64,000 nt of DNA from Thalassobaculaceae bacterium (GTDB taxonomy: Bacteria > Pseudomonadota > Alphaproteobacteria > Thalassobaculales > Thalassobaculaceae): the NCBI GenBank assembly GCA_965228875.1, contig OZ245843.1, positions 1,532,616-1,596,615 on the forward strand, written 5' to 3'. Every line of letters starts with the position of its first letter. Position 1 is the stretch's first letter. Under the pieces are notes generated by a model. It saw only the letters and a program-made list of their open reading frames with translations, did no database searches and was not told where the DNA came from. Of the stretch, positions 50,490-62,996 are shown in pieces. A program made the translations under genes and the position numbers.

Positions 50490-50516
50490 CGCCCTGCCCG
50501 CATCGCGGACAGGGCG
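50490..50516 (-). terminator. Probable intrinsic terminator of the BMP ABC operon
   Basis: Minus-strand stem CGCCCTGTCCGC / GCGGGCAGGGCG followed by TCGTTTGT. Confidence 0.6.
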
Positions 50517-50546
50517 CCGGACCGGATCGAACGGTCGCCGCCGCGA

Positions 50547-51608
50547 TTACTGCGGCAGCGTGTCGTCGACGCCCTTCACGTACCAGTTCATGCCCAGCAG
50601 CGTGCCGTCGTCCAGGACCTCGCCCTCGCCGACGGCAAGCGTGCCGTCCTGCTTGTAGATCGGCCCGGTGAAGGGATGGAACTCACCGGAGGTGATCTTC
50701 GTCTCGGTTTCCATCGCCATCGCCTTCACGTCGTCCGGCATGTTGAGGTAGTCGGCCATCACGACCATCTTGGCGTCCATTCCGCCCCAGGTGTCGGTCG
50801 ACTCCCAGGTGCCGTCCAGCACCGCCTCGGTGCGGGCGACGTAGTAGGCCGACCAGTCGTCGATAATCGCCGTCAGTTGTGCCTTCGGAGCGAACTTGAC
50901 CATGTCGGACGCCTGGCCGAAGCCGACGACCCCCTGCTCTTCGGCGATCTGCAGCGGCGCGGTGGAGTCGGTGTGCTGGGTGATGATGTCGGCCCCCTGA
51001 CCGATCAGCACCTTCGCGGCATCCGCTTCCCGGCCCGGATCGAACCACGAGTTCACCCACACGACCTTCAGCTTGAAGTCCGGATTGACCGACTGCGCAC
51101 CGAGAAGGAAGGCGTTGATGCCGCGCACCACTTCCGGGATCGGGAACGACGCGACATAGCCGGCCACGCCGGACTTCGACATCTTTGCGGCGATCTGCCC
51201 GATGATGTAGCGGCCCTCGTAGAACCGCGCCGAGTAGGTCGAGACGTTGTCGGCGCGCTTGTAGCCGGTGGCGTGCTCGAACTTCACGTCCGGGAACTTC
51301 TTGGCAACCGCCAGCGTCTGCTCCATGAAGCCGAACGAAGTGGTGAAGATCAGGCCCGCGCCCTGGCGCGCCAGGCGCGTGATCGCGCGCTCGGCATCCG
51401 GCCCCTCGGCCACCTTCTCCACATAGACGGTTTCGACCTTGTCGCCCAGCGCCTGCTCGATGGCGAGGCGCCCCTGGTCGTGCTGGTAGGACCAGCCGTG
51501 GTCGCCGATCGGACCGACATAGATGAATCCGACCTTCAGCGGATCCGCGGCGGCGGTTCCGGCGGTCATCGCCAGCATCGCCAACGCGAGCACGAGAAAC
51601 TTCTTCAT
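50547..51608 (-). CDS. BMP family (purine/nucleoside) ABC substrate-binding protein
   Basis: KVGFIYVGPIGDHGWSYQH, FTTSFGF, WFDP, QHTDS. Confidence 0.92.
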   Translation of the reverse strand: MKKFLVLALAMLAMTAGTAAADPLKVGFIYVGPIGDHGWSYQHDQGRLAIEQALGDKVETVYVEKVAEGPDAERAITRLARQGAGLIFTTSFGFMEQTLAVAKKFPDVKFEHATGYKRADNVSTYSARFYEGRYIIGQIAAKMSKSGVAGYVASFPIPEVVRGINAFLLGAQSVNPDFKLKVVWVNSWFDPGREADAAKVLIGQGADIITQHTDSTAPLQIAEEQGVVGFGQASDMVKFAPKAQLTAIIDDWSAYYVARTEAVLDGTWESTDTWGGMDAKMVVMADYLNMPDDVKAMAMETETKITSGEFHPFTGPIYKQDGTLAVGEGEVLDDGTLLGMNWYVKGVDDTLPQ

Positions 51609-51682
51609 AGACCCCTACTCCTGTCCTGTTTCTTTCGGAAACCGATTGCCGGGCCGCGAGCGCGCGGCCCCTTCTCCCTCGC

Positions 51683-52603
51683 TCACCGGTCCGGCACGAA
51701 CGTCTGTCCGATGCAGGCCGGCGTGTTTGTCTTGGTCAGCGTCCTGTTTCGCGAGATCAGGACCAGGACCAGAATGGTTATCAGATACGGGAAGGACGAC
51801 AAGACCTGGGACGGGATACCGATCCCCAGCCCCTGGACGTACAGCCCCATGATCCAGACCGCGCCGAACAGATAGGCGCCGACCAGCACCCGGCGGGCGA
51901 CCCAGGTCGCGAACACGACGAGGGCGAGCGCGATCCAGCCGCGTCCGGCGGTCATGTTCTCGATCCACTGCGGCGTATAGGCGAGCGACAGGTAGGCGCC
52001 GGCCAGGCCGGCGCAGGCGCCGCCGAACAGGATGCATCCGTAGCGCACGGCAACCACGTTGTAGCCGAGGGCGTGCGCCGAGTGGTGGTTGTCGCCGACC
52101 GCCCGTATCGTCAACCCGAGGCGGGTGCCGGACATCACGTAGCTGACGGCGAACACCAGGGCGAAGGACGCGTAGACCAGCACGTCCTGGCCGAAGAGGA
52201 TCGGGCCGACGAACGGAATACCGGACAGCACCGGGATGTCGATCGCCTGGAGCTTGACCCCGGGCAGGCCGGTGAAGCTCTCCCCGATCAGGCCCGAGAG
52301 GCCGAGGCCGAGGAGGGTCAGCGCCAGGCCCGACGCCACCTGGTTGGTTGCCAGCGTCTGCGTCAGGAAGCCGAACAGCAACGCCATCGCCATGCCGGCC
52401 AGCACCGCGGCGACGACGCCGAGCCCGGGCGATCCTGTGGCGTAGGCGGCGGCGAACCCGCAGACCGCGCCCACCACCATCATGCCCTCGACCCCGAGGT
52501 TCAGCACGCCGGAGCGTTCGACGACCAGTTCGCCGATCGCCGCAAGCAGCAGCGGTGTGGACGCGGTGATGATCGTCAGGATGACCGCTTCCAGCCCCGT
52601 CAC
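51683..52603 (-). CDS. Nucleoside ABC permease
   Basis: ERSGVLNLGVEGMM, GRGWIALALV, PYLITI. Confidence 0.9.
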   Translation of the reverse strand: MTGLEAVILTIITASTPLLLAAIGELVVERSGVLNLGVEGMMVVGAVCGFAAAYATGSPGLGVVAAVLAGMAMALLFGFLTQTLATNQVASGLALTLLGLGLSGLIGESFTGLPGVKLQAIDIPVLSGIPFVGPILFGQDVLVYASFALVFAVSYVMSGTRLGLTIRAVGDNHHSAHALGYNVVAVRYGCILFGGACAGLAGAYLSLAYTPQWIENMTAGRGWIALALVVFATWVARRVLVGAYLFGAVWIMGLYVQGLGIGIPSQVLSSFPYLITILVLVLISRNRTLTKTNTPACIGQTFVPDR

Positions 52604-52607
52604 GGCG

Positions 52608-53677
52608 CTAGCCTCCCGCCGTCTGCGGCCGGACCAGTCGGATCCGGTAGAGGATCAGCGTGTCGCAGGCCAGAATGAAGAACAGCAGGATGCCCTGGAA
52701 CACCTGGGCGGTCTTGTCGGAGATGCCGAGGTCGATCTGCGCCGCCTCGCCGCCGAGATAGCTGATGCCGAGCATGATCCCGGCGATCAGTACGCCGATC
52801 GGGTTGAGCCGGCCGAGGAAGGCGACGATGATCGCGGTGAAACCGTAGCCGGGGGAGATCGCCGGCTGCAGGTGGCCGCTCGGCCCCGCCACCTCGCAGA
52901 TCCCGGCAAGCCCGGCGAGGCCGCCCGACAGCAGCAGGCAGAACCACACCATCCGCGTCGACGAGAACCCGGCGAAGGTGCCGGCGCGCGGCGCGGTTCC
53001 GACCACCCGCACCTCGAACCCCTTCAAGGTGCGCGACAGCACGACATAGAGCACCGCCACCGCCAGCACGGCCAGCGCCGCCCCCAGGTGCATCCGCCCG
53101 TCGCCCACCGTCGGCAGCAGTTGCCAACCCTCGAACTGGACCGACTTCGGAAAATTGAAGCCTTGGGGATCGCGCCAAGGCCCGCGGATGAACCAGTCGG
53201 CGATCAGTTGGGCGACATAGACCAGCATCAGACTGGTCAGGATCTCGTTGGTCCCGAACCGGGTCCGCAGGAAGGCGGGGATCGCGGCGTAGAGCGCGCC
53301 GCCAAACGCCCCAAGCAGGAGCATCAGCACCAGGACGGGGAAGCTCTGGAACTCGTGCCAGAGGATCGGCAGGGCCGACCCGAACAGCGCCCCCATGGTG
53401 AGCTGACCCTCGGCGCCGATGTTCCAGACATTGGCCCGGAAGCAGACCGCGAGCCCGACCCCGATCAGCACGAGCGGCGCCGCCTTGACCACGAGCTCCT
53501 CGAGCGACCACCACCACAGGACCGGCTCGAGGAAATAGACGTAGAGCGCGCGCAGCGGATCGAGCCCCATCAGCGAGAAGATCACCGCGCCCGCGATCAG
53601 GGTGAGCGCGACCGCCAGGACCGGCGACAGCCAGCCCATCAGCCGCGAACGCTCGGCCCGACGCTCCAGGACCAGCT

Positions 53678-53681
<4 letters not shown>
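52608..53681 (-). CDS. Nucleoside ABC permease
   Basis: WNIGAEGQ, NEILTSLML, GYGFTAIIVAFLGRLNP. Confidence 0.9.
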
Positions 53682-55222
<1,541 letters not shown>

Positions 55223-55421
55223 TCGCCCTCGCCCTCACCCGATATGACCGCATGCGATCCGTTCTGGGTAGAGGCTGGCGGCGGCAATGTCGAGGTTCTT
55301 GTTGCGGCGCACGCACGACGATTGGGGCTGCACGGACCTGCCCCGCTCGCCTAGACTTGCCGGCCCACGCCTGCGCCAGACGGGCGGACCAGTGAATTCG
55401 GGTAGATTTGGGGGAAACGGT

Positions 55422-56201
55422 ATGGCGGCCGGTAGGGAACGGCTCACGGGAAAGATCGCGCTTGTCACGGGCGGAGCGTCGGGAATCGGCCGGTCGATCG
55501 CCGGCACCTTCCTCGAGCAGGGCGCGACCGTCGTGATTGCCGACGTCGACGCCGAACGCGGCCGCGAAGCCGCCGCCGCCCTGCCCGCCACCTTCGAGCC
55601 GCTGGACGTGCGGGACGAGGACGCCTGGAAGCGGGTCACGGCCGCCATCGTCGATATCCACGGGCGTCTCGACATACTCGTGAACAACGCGGGTACCGGT
55701 GGCTCCGGCGGGTCGATCGAGGACGCCGGCGTCGAGGACTGGGACCGGGTGATGGACATCAACGCCAAGGGCGTGTTCCTCGGCTGCAAGTATGGTGTGG
55801 CGGCGATGAAGGCCAACACCGAGCCGACCGGCGGCTCGATCATCAACATGTCGAGTATTGCGGGCCTGGTCGGCGCCCCGGCGATTCCCGTCTATTCCGC
55901 ATCCAAGGGTGCGGTTCGGCTGCTGACCAAGTCGGTGGCCCTGCATTGCGCACGCAAAGGATACGGAGTCCGCTGCAATTCGGTCCATCCGTCCTATACC
56001 GACACGCCGATGGTCGACCGGATGATCGACGGCCACCACGACCCCGACCGCCTGCGCCGGTCGATCGAGGCGGCCGCCCCGCTCGGCCGCATGGGCATGC
56101 CGGCGGATGTGGCCGGCGCGGCGCTCTATCTGGCCAGCGACGACAGCGCTTTCGTGACCGGAACCGAGCTTACGGTCGACGGCGGCATCGTCGCGATGTA
56201 G
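55422..56201 (+). CDS. SDR family oxidoreductase
   Basis: TGGASGIG, NNAG, YSASKG. Confidence 0.92.
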   Translation: MAAGRERLTGKIALVTGGASGIGRSIAGTFLEQGATVVIADVDAERGREAAAALPATFEPLDVRDEDAWKRVTAAIVDIHGRLDILVNNAGTGGSGGSIEDAGVEDWDRVMDINAKGVFLGCKYGVAAMKANTEPTGGSIINMSSIAGLVGAPAIPVYSASKGAVRLLTKSVALHCARKGYGVRCNSVHPSYTDTPMVDRMIDGHHDPDRLRRSIEAAAPLGRMGMPADVAGAALYLASDDSAFVTGTELTVDGGIVAM

Positions 56202-56236
56202 GGCGCCACCAACGAGGAAACGAAGGAGTAGGACGC

Positions 56237-57001
56237 ATGTTCGAGCTGACCGGCAAGGTGGCGCTGATCACCGGGTCGTCCCGCGGCATCGGCAAATCCA
56301 TCGCCGAATGCATGGCGAAACAGGGCGCCAAGGTAGTGATCTCGTCGCGCAAGGCCGACGCCTGTACCGCCGTCGCCGAAGAAATCAGGGCCGCCGGCGG
56401 CGAGGCCGTGGCGATCCCCTGCAACATCGGCCGCAAGGAGGAGCTTCAGGCTCTGGTCGACGGCGCCCGCGACGCCTTCGGCCGGATCGACGTGCTGGTC
56501 TGCAACGCCGCAACCAACCCGGTGTTCGGGCCGATGTCGGACGTTTCCGACGAGGCCTACGACAAGATCATGGACACCAACGTCAAGAGCGCGTTCTGGC
56601 TGTGCAACATGGCGCTTCCGGAGATGGCGGAACGCGGCGACGGCGTGGCGATCCTGATCTCCTCCATCGCCTCGATGTACGGCAACCGCAAGCTCGGCAT
56701 CTACGGCATCTCGAAGGCGGCCGAGCAGCAGCTCGTGCGCAACCTGGCCGTCGAGTGGGGACCGAAGGGTATCCGCGTCAACGCCATCGCCCCGGGCCTG
56801 ATCCGTACCGACTTCGCCCGCGCGCTGTGGGAGGATGACGACCGGCGGAAGATGATGGAGACCGTCACGCCGCTGCAGCGTATCGGCGAGCCGGAGGACA
56901 TCGGATGGCTCGCGACCTATCTCGCCTCCGACGGCGCCCGTTTCGTGACCGGCCAGACCATCGTCGCCGATGGCGGCCGGACCATCGGCGACCCTTCCTG
57001 A
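56237..57001 (+). CDS. SDR family oxidoreductase (DHRS4-like)
   Basis: [40 protein letters not shown]. Confidence 0.92.
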   Translation: MFELTGKVALITGSSRGIGKSIAECMAKQGAKVVISSRKADACTAVAEEIRAAGGEAVAIPCNIGRKEELQALVDGARDAFGRIDVLVCNAATNPVFGPMSDVSDEAYDKIMDTNVKSAFWLCNMALPEMAERGDGVAILISSIASMYGNRKLGIYGISKAAEQQLVRNLAVEWGPKGIRVNAIAPGLIRTDFARALWEDDDRRKMMETVTPLQRIGEPEDIGWLATYLASDGARFVTGQTIVADGGRTIGDPS

Positions 57002-57011
57002 AGGACCGGTC

Positions 57012-58070
57012 ATGGCACATCTCGGCCCGGTCACCGACGCCCATCGCTTCGACGAGGCGGGTCTCGCCCGCTACCTCGCGGACCATGGTCTCGACGGCTT
57101 TTCAAACGGCATCACCGTCCGCCAGTTCCAGGGCGGCCAGTCCAACCCGACCTTCCGCATCGAGACGGCGGACGGGAACGAAGCCTATGTCCTGCGCAAG
57201 AAACCGCCGGGAGAGCTCCTGCCCTCGGCGCATCAGGTCGACCGCGAATACCGGGTCATGGCGGCACTCGCCGCGACCGAGGTGCCGGTCCCGGTCATGC
57301 GCCTGCTGTGCCAGGACGAGGACGTCATCGGCACCGCGTTCTACGTGATGGATTTCCTGGACGGCCGCATTCCGGACGAGCCGTCCCTCGACACCGGCTT
57401 TACGCCGGAGGAGCGATCGGCGATCTGGGACAGCGCCAACGACGCGCTGGCGAAACTGCACAGCGTCGACCCGGCGGCGGTCGGTCTCGGCGATTTCGGC
57501 CGGCCCGCGAACTACTGCGGACGGCAGATCGCGCGCTGGACGAAACAATTCGCGGCCTCGAAGACCGACGAGATGCCGGATATGGACAGGCTGACCGAAT
57601 GGCTGAACGGTCATCCGGGCGTCCCCGACGAGGTGTCGATCGTGCACGGCGACTACCGCCTGCCGAACATGATGCTGCACCCGACCGAGCCGAAGGTGAT
57701 CGCCATCCTCGACTGGGAGTTGGCCACCCTCGGCCATCCGCTGGCCGACGTCGCCTATACCTGCATGCCCTACCGCATGCCGTATGACGAGAAGACACTG
57801 AAGGGCATGGTCGGCCTCGACCTCGCAGCCCTCGGCATTCCTGACGAAGGCGAGTATCTGGAGATGTATCGCCGACGCACCGGCCGTGCCGCCCTGCCCG
57901 ACATGCGGTATTTTCGGGCCCTTTCCTTCTTCCGCCTGGCCGCGATCTGCCAGGGCGTCTACTTCCGCGGCCTTCAGGGCAACGCCAGCTCCGAGGACGC
58001 GCTGGAGGTCGGCGCCAAGGCCCCCCGCCTCGCCGAGATCGGCTGGGCGATCGCCAGCGGACGGGAATGA
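57012..58070 (+). CDS. APH-family phosphotransferase (ACAD10/11 kinase-domain-like)
   Basis: [42 protein letters not shown]. Confidence 0.92.
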   Translation: MAHLGPVTDAHRFDEAGLARYLADHGLDGFSNGITVRQFQGGQSNPTFRIETADGNEAYVLRKKPPGELLPSAHQVDREYRVMAALAATEVPVPVMRLLCQDEDVIGTAFYVMDFLDGRIPDEPSLDTGFTPEERSAIWDSANDALAKLHSVDPAAVGLGDFGRPANYCGRQIARWTKQFAASKTDEMPDMDRLTEWLNGHPGVPDEVSIVHGDYRLPNMMLHPTEPKVIAILDWELATLGHPLADVAYTCMPYRMPYDEKTLKGMVGLDLAALGIPDEGEYLEMYRRRTGRAALPDMRYFRALSFFRLAAICQGVYFRGLQGNASSEDALEVGAKAPRLAEIGWAIASGRE

Positions 58071-58074
58071 CGCC

Positions 58075-58464
58075 ATGGCCCAGATCAAGATCCACGCCCG
58101 ACGCGCCTTCATCGACCGCCACCGCCAGGCGCTGTCGGACGCCATTCACGGCGTGATGATGGACAGCCTCGGCCTGCCGGAGGACAAGCGCTTCCACCGG
58201 TTCATCGCCCTCGACGACGACGATTTCGTCCATCCGGCGGACCGCGGCGACGGCTACACGGTGATCGAGATCCTGATGTTCGAGGGTCGCAGCGACGATG
58301 CCAAGCGGGCCTGCCTGCGCGGGCTGATGCGGGCCATTCCGGAGGCCACCGGCGTGGCGGTGGAGGCGGTGGAGATCACCCTCATCGAAACGCCGATGGC
58401 GAACTGGGGCATCCGCGGCAGGATCGGCGACGAGTTGGCGCTCACCTACAAGGTCGAGACTTGA
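58075..58464 (+). CDS. Tautomerase family protein
   Basis: LSDAIH..L.LP.DKRFHRF, IEI.MFEGRS, NWGIRG..GDE. Confidence 0.85.
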   Translation: MAQIKIHARRAFIDRHRQALSDAIHGVMMDSLGLPEDKRFHRFIALDDDDFVHPADRGDGYTVIEILMFEGRSDDAKRACLRGLMRAIPEATGVAVEAVEITLIETPMANWGIRGRIGDELALTYKVET

Positions 58465-58485
58465 CGGAACGGGCCGGCCGTCCGG

Positions 58486-59256
58486 TCAGTTCGCACAATA
58501 GGTTTCCAGCGCCCGGCCGTCGCCGACGACCTCGAACACGGCCCCTTTGGTGATCAGATACTCGCTCGCCCCGAATTTCGGCGTGGCCGGGTTCCAGTCG
58601 TAGGTGTAGCCGAGCCGCGTCCACGGCGCCCCACCCTCCACATAGGAGCCCTGATACGTCGCATTGAACCAGTCGAGATAGCTGGTCAGCCCCTTGACCG
58701 GGGGATCGACCGGCTGGCCACCCACCATCGCAAAGCTGAGGTCGCAGGAGGTGTCCGCGGTGTCCGGGTCGGGACAGGGGCGGAACAGGTCGGAGCGGTC
58801 GACCCAGAACTCGACGACGACGGCGTAGTGCCGCTCGGGACTGAGGCCGAGATACTGCGTCACGCGCTCGGCAAGCAGGCTGCCAGTAAGCCCGGTCGAC
58901 CGGCAGAAATCCTGAAGCTGAGGGACAAGCGTCACCCAGCTGTAAGCGCCACTGGTCGTCCCACCGCTTACGCCCTTGTAGTAGCGGTCATAGCTGCTCC
59001 GGCTCATCAGGGACGCGACCTTGATGAACCGTTTCGAGGCGGGATCCTTCCAGACGAGCTTCGGATTTCCGTCCGTGATCGCCAGCAGGCGGTCATAGAC
59101 GTTCGCGGAAGACTGGGTCCGAGCGTCCTGATTGGCGGACTGAAAGGCGACCTCGGCGAGGCTGGGCGGCCTTGTCGGCTCCGTCGTAGCGGTGGCGCAG
59201 CCGGCTAGTGATGCCGCGATCATCGCCACGAGAGCGAACGCCCCAAGTCTCCGCAT
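58486..59256 (-). CDS. Lipoprotein of unknown function
   Basis: Lipobox LAGC; AAGGAGG RBS; motif-rich core WVT..LFRPCPDP..PWTRLGYTYDW..GASEY. Confidence 0.75.
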   Translation of the reverse strand: MRRLGAFALVAMIAASLAGCATATTEPTRPPSLAEVAFQSANQDARTQSSANVYDRLLAITDGNPKLVWKDPASKRFIKVASLMSRSSYDRYYKGVSGGTTSGAYSWVTLVPQLQDFCRSTGLTGSLLAERVTQYLGLSPERHYAVVVEFWVDRSDLFRPCPDPDTADTSCDLSFAMVGGQPVDPPVKGLTSYLDWFNATYQGSYVEGGAPWTRLGYTYDWNPATPKFGASEYLITKGAVFEVVGDGRALETYCAN

Positions 59257-59335
59257 CACCGCCCTCCTTAGGCTTCATCCGTGAAATCCAGGGCCAATGC
59301 CCCATCATTTACCGAACAATATGACAGATATTTCC

Positions 59336-60772
59336 CTATCTGATTGCAATAAGCCGTGCGTACAGCTCGACGTACCGCTCCGCCGGACCGTCCCAACCGA
59401 CAGGATGCTTCATGGCGTTGCGCTGCATGCGACGCCAGACGGTGCGTTCCCCGAAGACGGCGAAGACCTTGGCGATGGCGTTGGCGAACGCCTCGCGCGA
59501 GCCCGGATCGAACTGGAACCCGGTGGCCACGCCGGCGCTCAGGGCGGCGGCGTTGGCGTCGATGATCGTGTCGGCCAGCCCGCCCGTCCGCGCCACCACC
59601 GGCAGGGCGCCGTAGCGCATGGCGTAGAGCTGTGTCAGACCGCAAGGCTCGAAACGGGATGGAACCACGACGGCGTCGGCGCCGGCGTAGATCCGGTGCG
59701 CCAAGGCCTCGTCGTAGCCGATCCGGACCCCGACCGCCCCCGCATGATCGCGCGCGGCCGACGCGAACGCCTCCTCCAGCCTCCTGTCACCGGCTCCCAG
59801 AAGAACCAGAGAGCCGCCGGCCCTGAGCATCTCCGGCAGGACGCCGAGCAGCAGGTCGAGCCCCTTCTGGTCGGTCAGCCGGCTGACCACGCCGAACAGC
59901 GGGCCCGGACGCCGGGGGTCCAGGGAGAACACCTCCTGCAGCGCGGCATGCGAGGCGCGGCGTCCGCCCATGGCCCGCGCCGAGAACGGCGTGACGGCCG
60001 GATCGGCCTCCGGATTCCAGACCCCGGTGTCGATACCGTTGAGGATACCCATGGCGCGCTCCGGTCGGGCGGCGAGCACCCCTTCCAGCCCCCAGCCGAA
60101 CTCGGCGCTTTCCAGTTCCCGGGCATAGGTCGGGCTGACGGTCGTGACGACATCTGCATGGATCAGCCCGGCCTTGAGGACATTGATACGGCCGTAGAAC
60201 TCGTAACCCTGGGCGGTGAAGCCGGCCTCCGGCAGCCTGAGGTCCGCCCGCAGCGCCGCGTCGCACACGCCCTGGAACGACATGTTGTGGATCGTGAGGA
60301 CGGTCGGCACCCGGCCACGCCAATCCTCGAGATAGAGCGGCGTCAGCGCGGCCTGCCAGTCATGGACGTGGACCACGTCGGGTCGCCAGCCGTCGTCGAG
60401 GCCGTCGCGGGCGGTCTCAGCGGCCGCCCAGGAGAGTGCCGCGAAGCGGACAGGGTTGTCCGGCCAATCCTTGCCATCGGCGGTCACATAGAGCCCGTCG
60501 CGCCCATAGAATTCCGGACACTCCAACGCCAGGACGTCCAGTCCGTCGACATCGGCCCTGCGCATGCCGGCCCGCTTTCCGAACAGGTCGTCGGACCGCC
60601 ACACCCTCTCGCCACCGCCGACCCGCTGCATGACCCTGTCATATCCGGGCAGCAGAACGCGGACGTCCACCCCTTTGGCGGCCAGCGCCTTGGGGAGCGC
60701 GCCAACCACGTCGGCGAGGCCCCCGGTCTTCACCAGGGGCACGCATTCGGAGGCGACGAAGAGAACTCTCAT
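59336..60772 (-). CDS. glgA: Glycogen synthase
   Basis: [37 protein letters not shown]. Confidence 0.97.
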   Translation of the reverse strand: MRVLFVASECVPLVKTGGLADVVGALPKALAAKGVDVRVLLPGYDRVMQRVGGGERVWRSDDLFGKRAGMRRADVDGLDVLALECPEFYGRDGLYVTADGKDWPDNPVRFAALSWAAAETARDGLDDGWRPDVVHVHDWQAALTPLYLEDWRGRVPTVLTIHNMSFQGVCDAALRADLRLPEAGFTAQGYEFYGRINVLKAGLIHADVVTTVSPTYARELESAEFGWGLEGVLAARPERAMGILNGIDTGVWNPEADPAVTPFSARAMGGRRASHAALQEVFSLDPRRPGPLFGVVSRLTDQKGLDLLLGVLPEMLRAGGSLVLLGAGDRRLEEAFASAARDHAGAVGVRIGYDEALAHRIYAGADAVVVPSRFEPCGLTQLYAMRYGALPVVARTGGLADTIIDANAAALSAGVATGFQFDPGSREAFANAIAKVFAVFGERTVWRRMQRNAMKHPVGWDGPAERYVELYARLIAIR

Positions 60773-62040
60773 CGGGCGGCCTTCCAGCGTTCGATCATCG
60801 GTCGCGTGATGAGGCAGGTACCGGCTTCGGTGCGCCGGAACCAGCGTGCATCCTCCTCCGGATCCTCGCCCACGACCATTCCTTCGGGGATCTGTACCGC
60901 GCGGTCGATGACCACGTTGCGCAGGCGGGCGTGGCGGCCGACCGTCACGCTCGGCAGCGCCACCACGCCGTAGAGCTCGGAATACGAGCGGGCGTGGCAG
61001 CGGGTGAACAGCAGCGACCGCTCGATGTTCGACCCGGAGACGATACAGCCGCCGGACACCATCGAACTCACCGCGCTGCCCCGCCGGTTCTCCTCGTTGT
61101 GGACGAACTTCGCCGGCGGCACCACCTCGCTGTAGGTCCAGATCGGCCAGTCCTCGTGGAACAGGTCGAGCCCCGGAATGAAATCGGTCAGGTCGATGTT
61201 GGCCTCCCAGAACGCATCCAGGGTGCCGACGTCGCGCCAGTAGGGCTCCGGCTCCTCTCCGCTCATCACGCAGGAATCGGAGAAGAAATGCGCGAAGGCG
61301 CGGCCGTTTCGGACGATCGAGGGAATGATGTCCTTGCCGAAATCGTGGCTCGAACCGGTATCCTCGCCATCGGCCCGAAGCAGCTCACGCAGCACCGACC
61401 AGTCGAAGACATAGATCCCCATGCTGGCCAGCGCCTTGTCCGGGTCGTTCGGCAGCGCCGGCGGATCGGCCGGCTTTTCGACGAAATCGACGATCCGCGC
61501 GCTCTCGTCCACCGCCATCACGCCGAAGGCTGACGCCTCGCTGCGCGCCAGGGTCAGGCATCCGACCGTCACGTCCGCCTTGGTCTCCACGTGCTGACGC
61601 AGCATCAGCTCGTAGTCCATCTTGTAGATGTGGTCGCCGGCCAGGATGACGATGTACTCCGGCGCGTAGCTGTCGATCACGTCGATGTTCTGGGCCACCG
61701 CGTCGGCGGTGCCGAGGTACCAGTTCTCGCCGCTGGTCTGTTGCGACGCCGGCAGGATGTCGAGAAACTCGTTGCGCTCGGCCCGGAAGAAGCTCCACCC
61801 GCGCTGCAGGTGACGGATCAGGCTATGGGCGCGGTACTGGGTGGCGACGGCGATCCGCCTGATGCCGGAATTGACCGCGTTCGACAGGGCGAAGTCGATG
61901 ATGCGGCTCTTGCCGCCGAAGTAGACTGCCGGCTTCGCCCGTCGGTCGGTGAGTTCCATCAGTCGGCTGCCGCGACCGCCCGCCAGCACGAATGCCATCG
62001 ACTGCTGGGCAAGCCGGGTCGGCGCTGTTCCGCGAACCAT
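60769..62040 (-). CDS. glgC: Glucose-1-phosphate adenylyltransferase
   Basis: [45 protein letters not shown]. Confidence 0.97.
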   Translation of the reverse strand: MVRGTAPTRLAQQSMAFVLAGGRGSRLMELTDRRAKPAVYFGGKSRIIDFALSNAVNSGIRRIAVATQYRAHSLIRHLQRGWSFFRAERNEFLDILPASQQTSGENWYLGTADAVAQNIDVIDSYAPEYIVILAGDHIYKMDYELMLRQHVETKADVTVGCLTLARSEASAFGVMAVDESARIVDFVEKPADPPALPNDPDKALASMGIYVFDWSVLRELLRADGEDTGSSHDFGKDIIPSIVRNGRAFAHFFSDSCVMSGEEPEPYWRDVGTLDAFWEANIDLTDFIPGLDLFHEDWPIWTYSEVVPPAKFVHNEENRRGSAVSSMVSGGCIVSGSNIERSLLFTRCHARSYSELYGVVALPSVTVGRHARLRNVVIDRAVQIPEGMVVGEDPEEDARWFRRTEAGTCLITRPMIERWKAAR

Positions 62041-62184
62041 CACTCCCTCCCCGTGTAGTGACGGGGCTTTCCTTGGCCCCCTGTCCACGAGTGTGGGCGC
62101 GAACGGCCCGCGGCGCACCCATGCTTTGGAGAAATTTCGCCGTCATCCGTCGGACGGCGCGTCCCGACATGTGGGGATCGCGGC

Positions 62185-62910
62185 TCACGCCTGCGCCAGG
62201 GCGGTCTCCACTTCGCGTTCCAGACGCCGGCGCAGGTCGTCGGGCAGGCGCAACGCATCGCCCAGCCGCTCCTTGTACCGGGCGTCGCCCGGAACGCCGG
62301 GATCGAGAACCACGAGCGACGCGAGATAGACCTCGGTGGCCTGCGGTTCGTCGACGCACAGCGATGCGATCGCGATCGGGTCGGCCGGGCGGTCGAGCTG
62401 ATGCGAAATGAAGTGCCATTCGTCCTCGGCCAGATCGGTGGCCGCGACCTGCCGGTCGATCATCGCCTGCTCGCCGACGTCGACATGACCATCGGCTAGC
62501 GCTGCGCTGATCATCGCCCGGATCAGGGTGAGACGGAAATCATCGCCGCGGCTGTCCCGTAGACGCGCCGGATCGAACCCGCTGTCCGGTGGCGCGGCGG
62601 CGGGCGGCGGCGCGGCGGGTGGCGGCGCGGCCGGTGCCGTCGCGGCCGGTGCCTGCGGACGGCTGGCGCGATGGTCGCTCCAGGCCTTGTAGGCAAGGCC
62701 GCCTAACACCGCCAGACCGCCGTAGGTCAGTGCCTTCGAGCCGAACTTCCGCGCTTTCTTGGAGCCCAGCAGCACCGCGACAAGGCCGCCGGCCGCCGCA
62801 CCTCCCATCAGTCCACCCGGCAGGTTGCCGACGCCCCCGCCGGTCGCGTTGTCCGCCCCGGCTCCCTCGCCGCTGCCAAGGAAACTGTCAACCAGCCTTC
62901 GAACATCCAT
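62185..62910 (-). CDS. DUF533 / TerB-like (YebE-like) membrane protein
   Basis: GGLAVLGGLAYKAW, LIRAMISAALADGHVD, EVYLASL. Confidence 0.85.
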   Translation of the reverse strand: MDVRRLVDSFLGSGEGAGADNATGGGVGNLPGGLMGGAAAGGLVAVLLGSKKARKFGSKALTYGGLAVLGGLAYKAWSDHRASRPQAPAATAPAAPPPAAPPPAAAPPDSGFDPARLRDSRGDDFRLTLIRAMISAALADGHVDVGEQAMIDRQVAATDLAEDEWHFISHQLDRPADPIAIASLCVDEPQATEVYLASLVVLDPGVPGDARYKERLGDALRLPDDLRRRLEREVETALAQA

Positions 62911-62996
62911 CGATCGTCATCTCGCCAGTGATATCGCTACTGGCGAGAATGGGAGTCAGCCGCCCGTTTTCAATAGTGTCCGACGTCCCGATCGGG

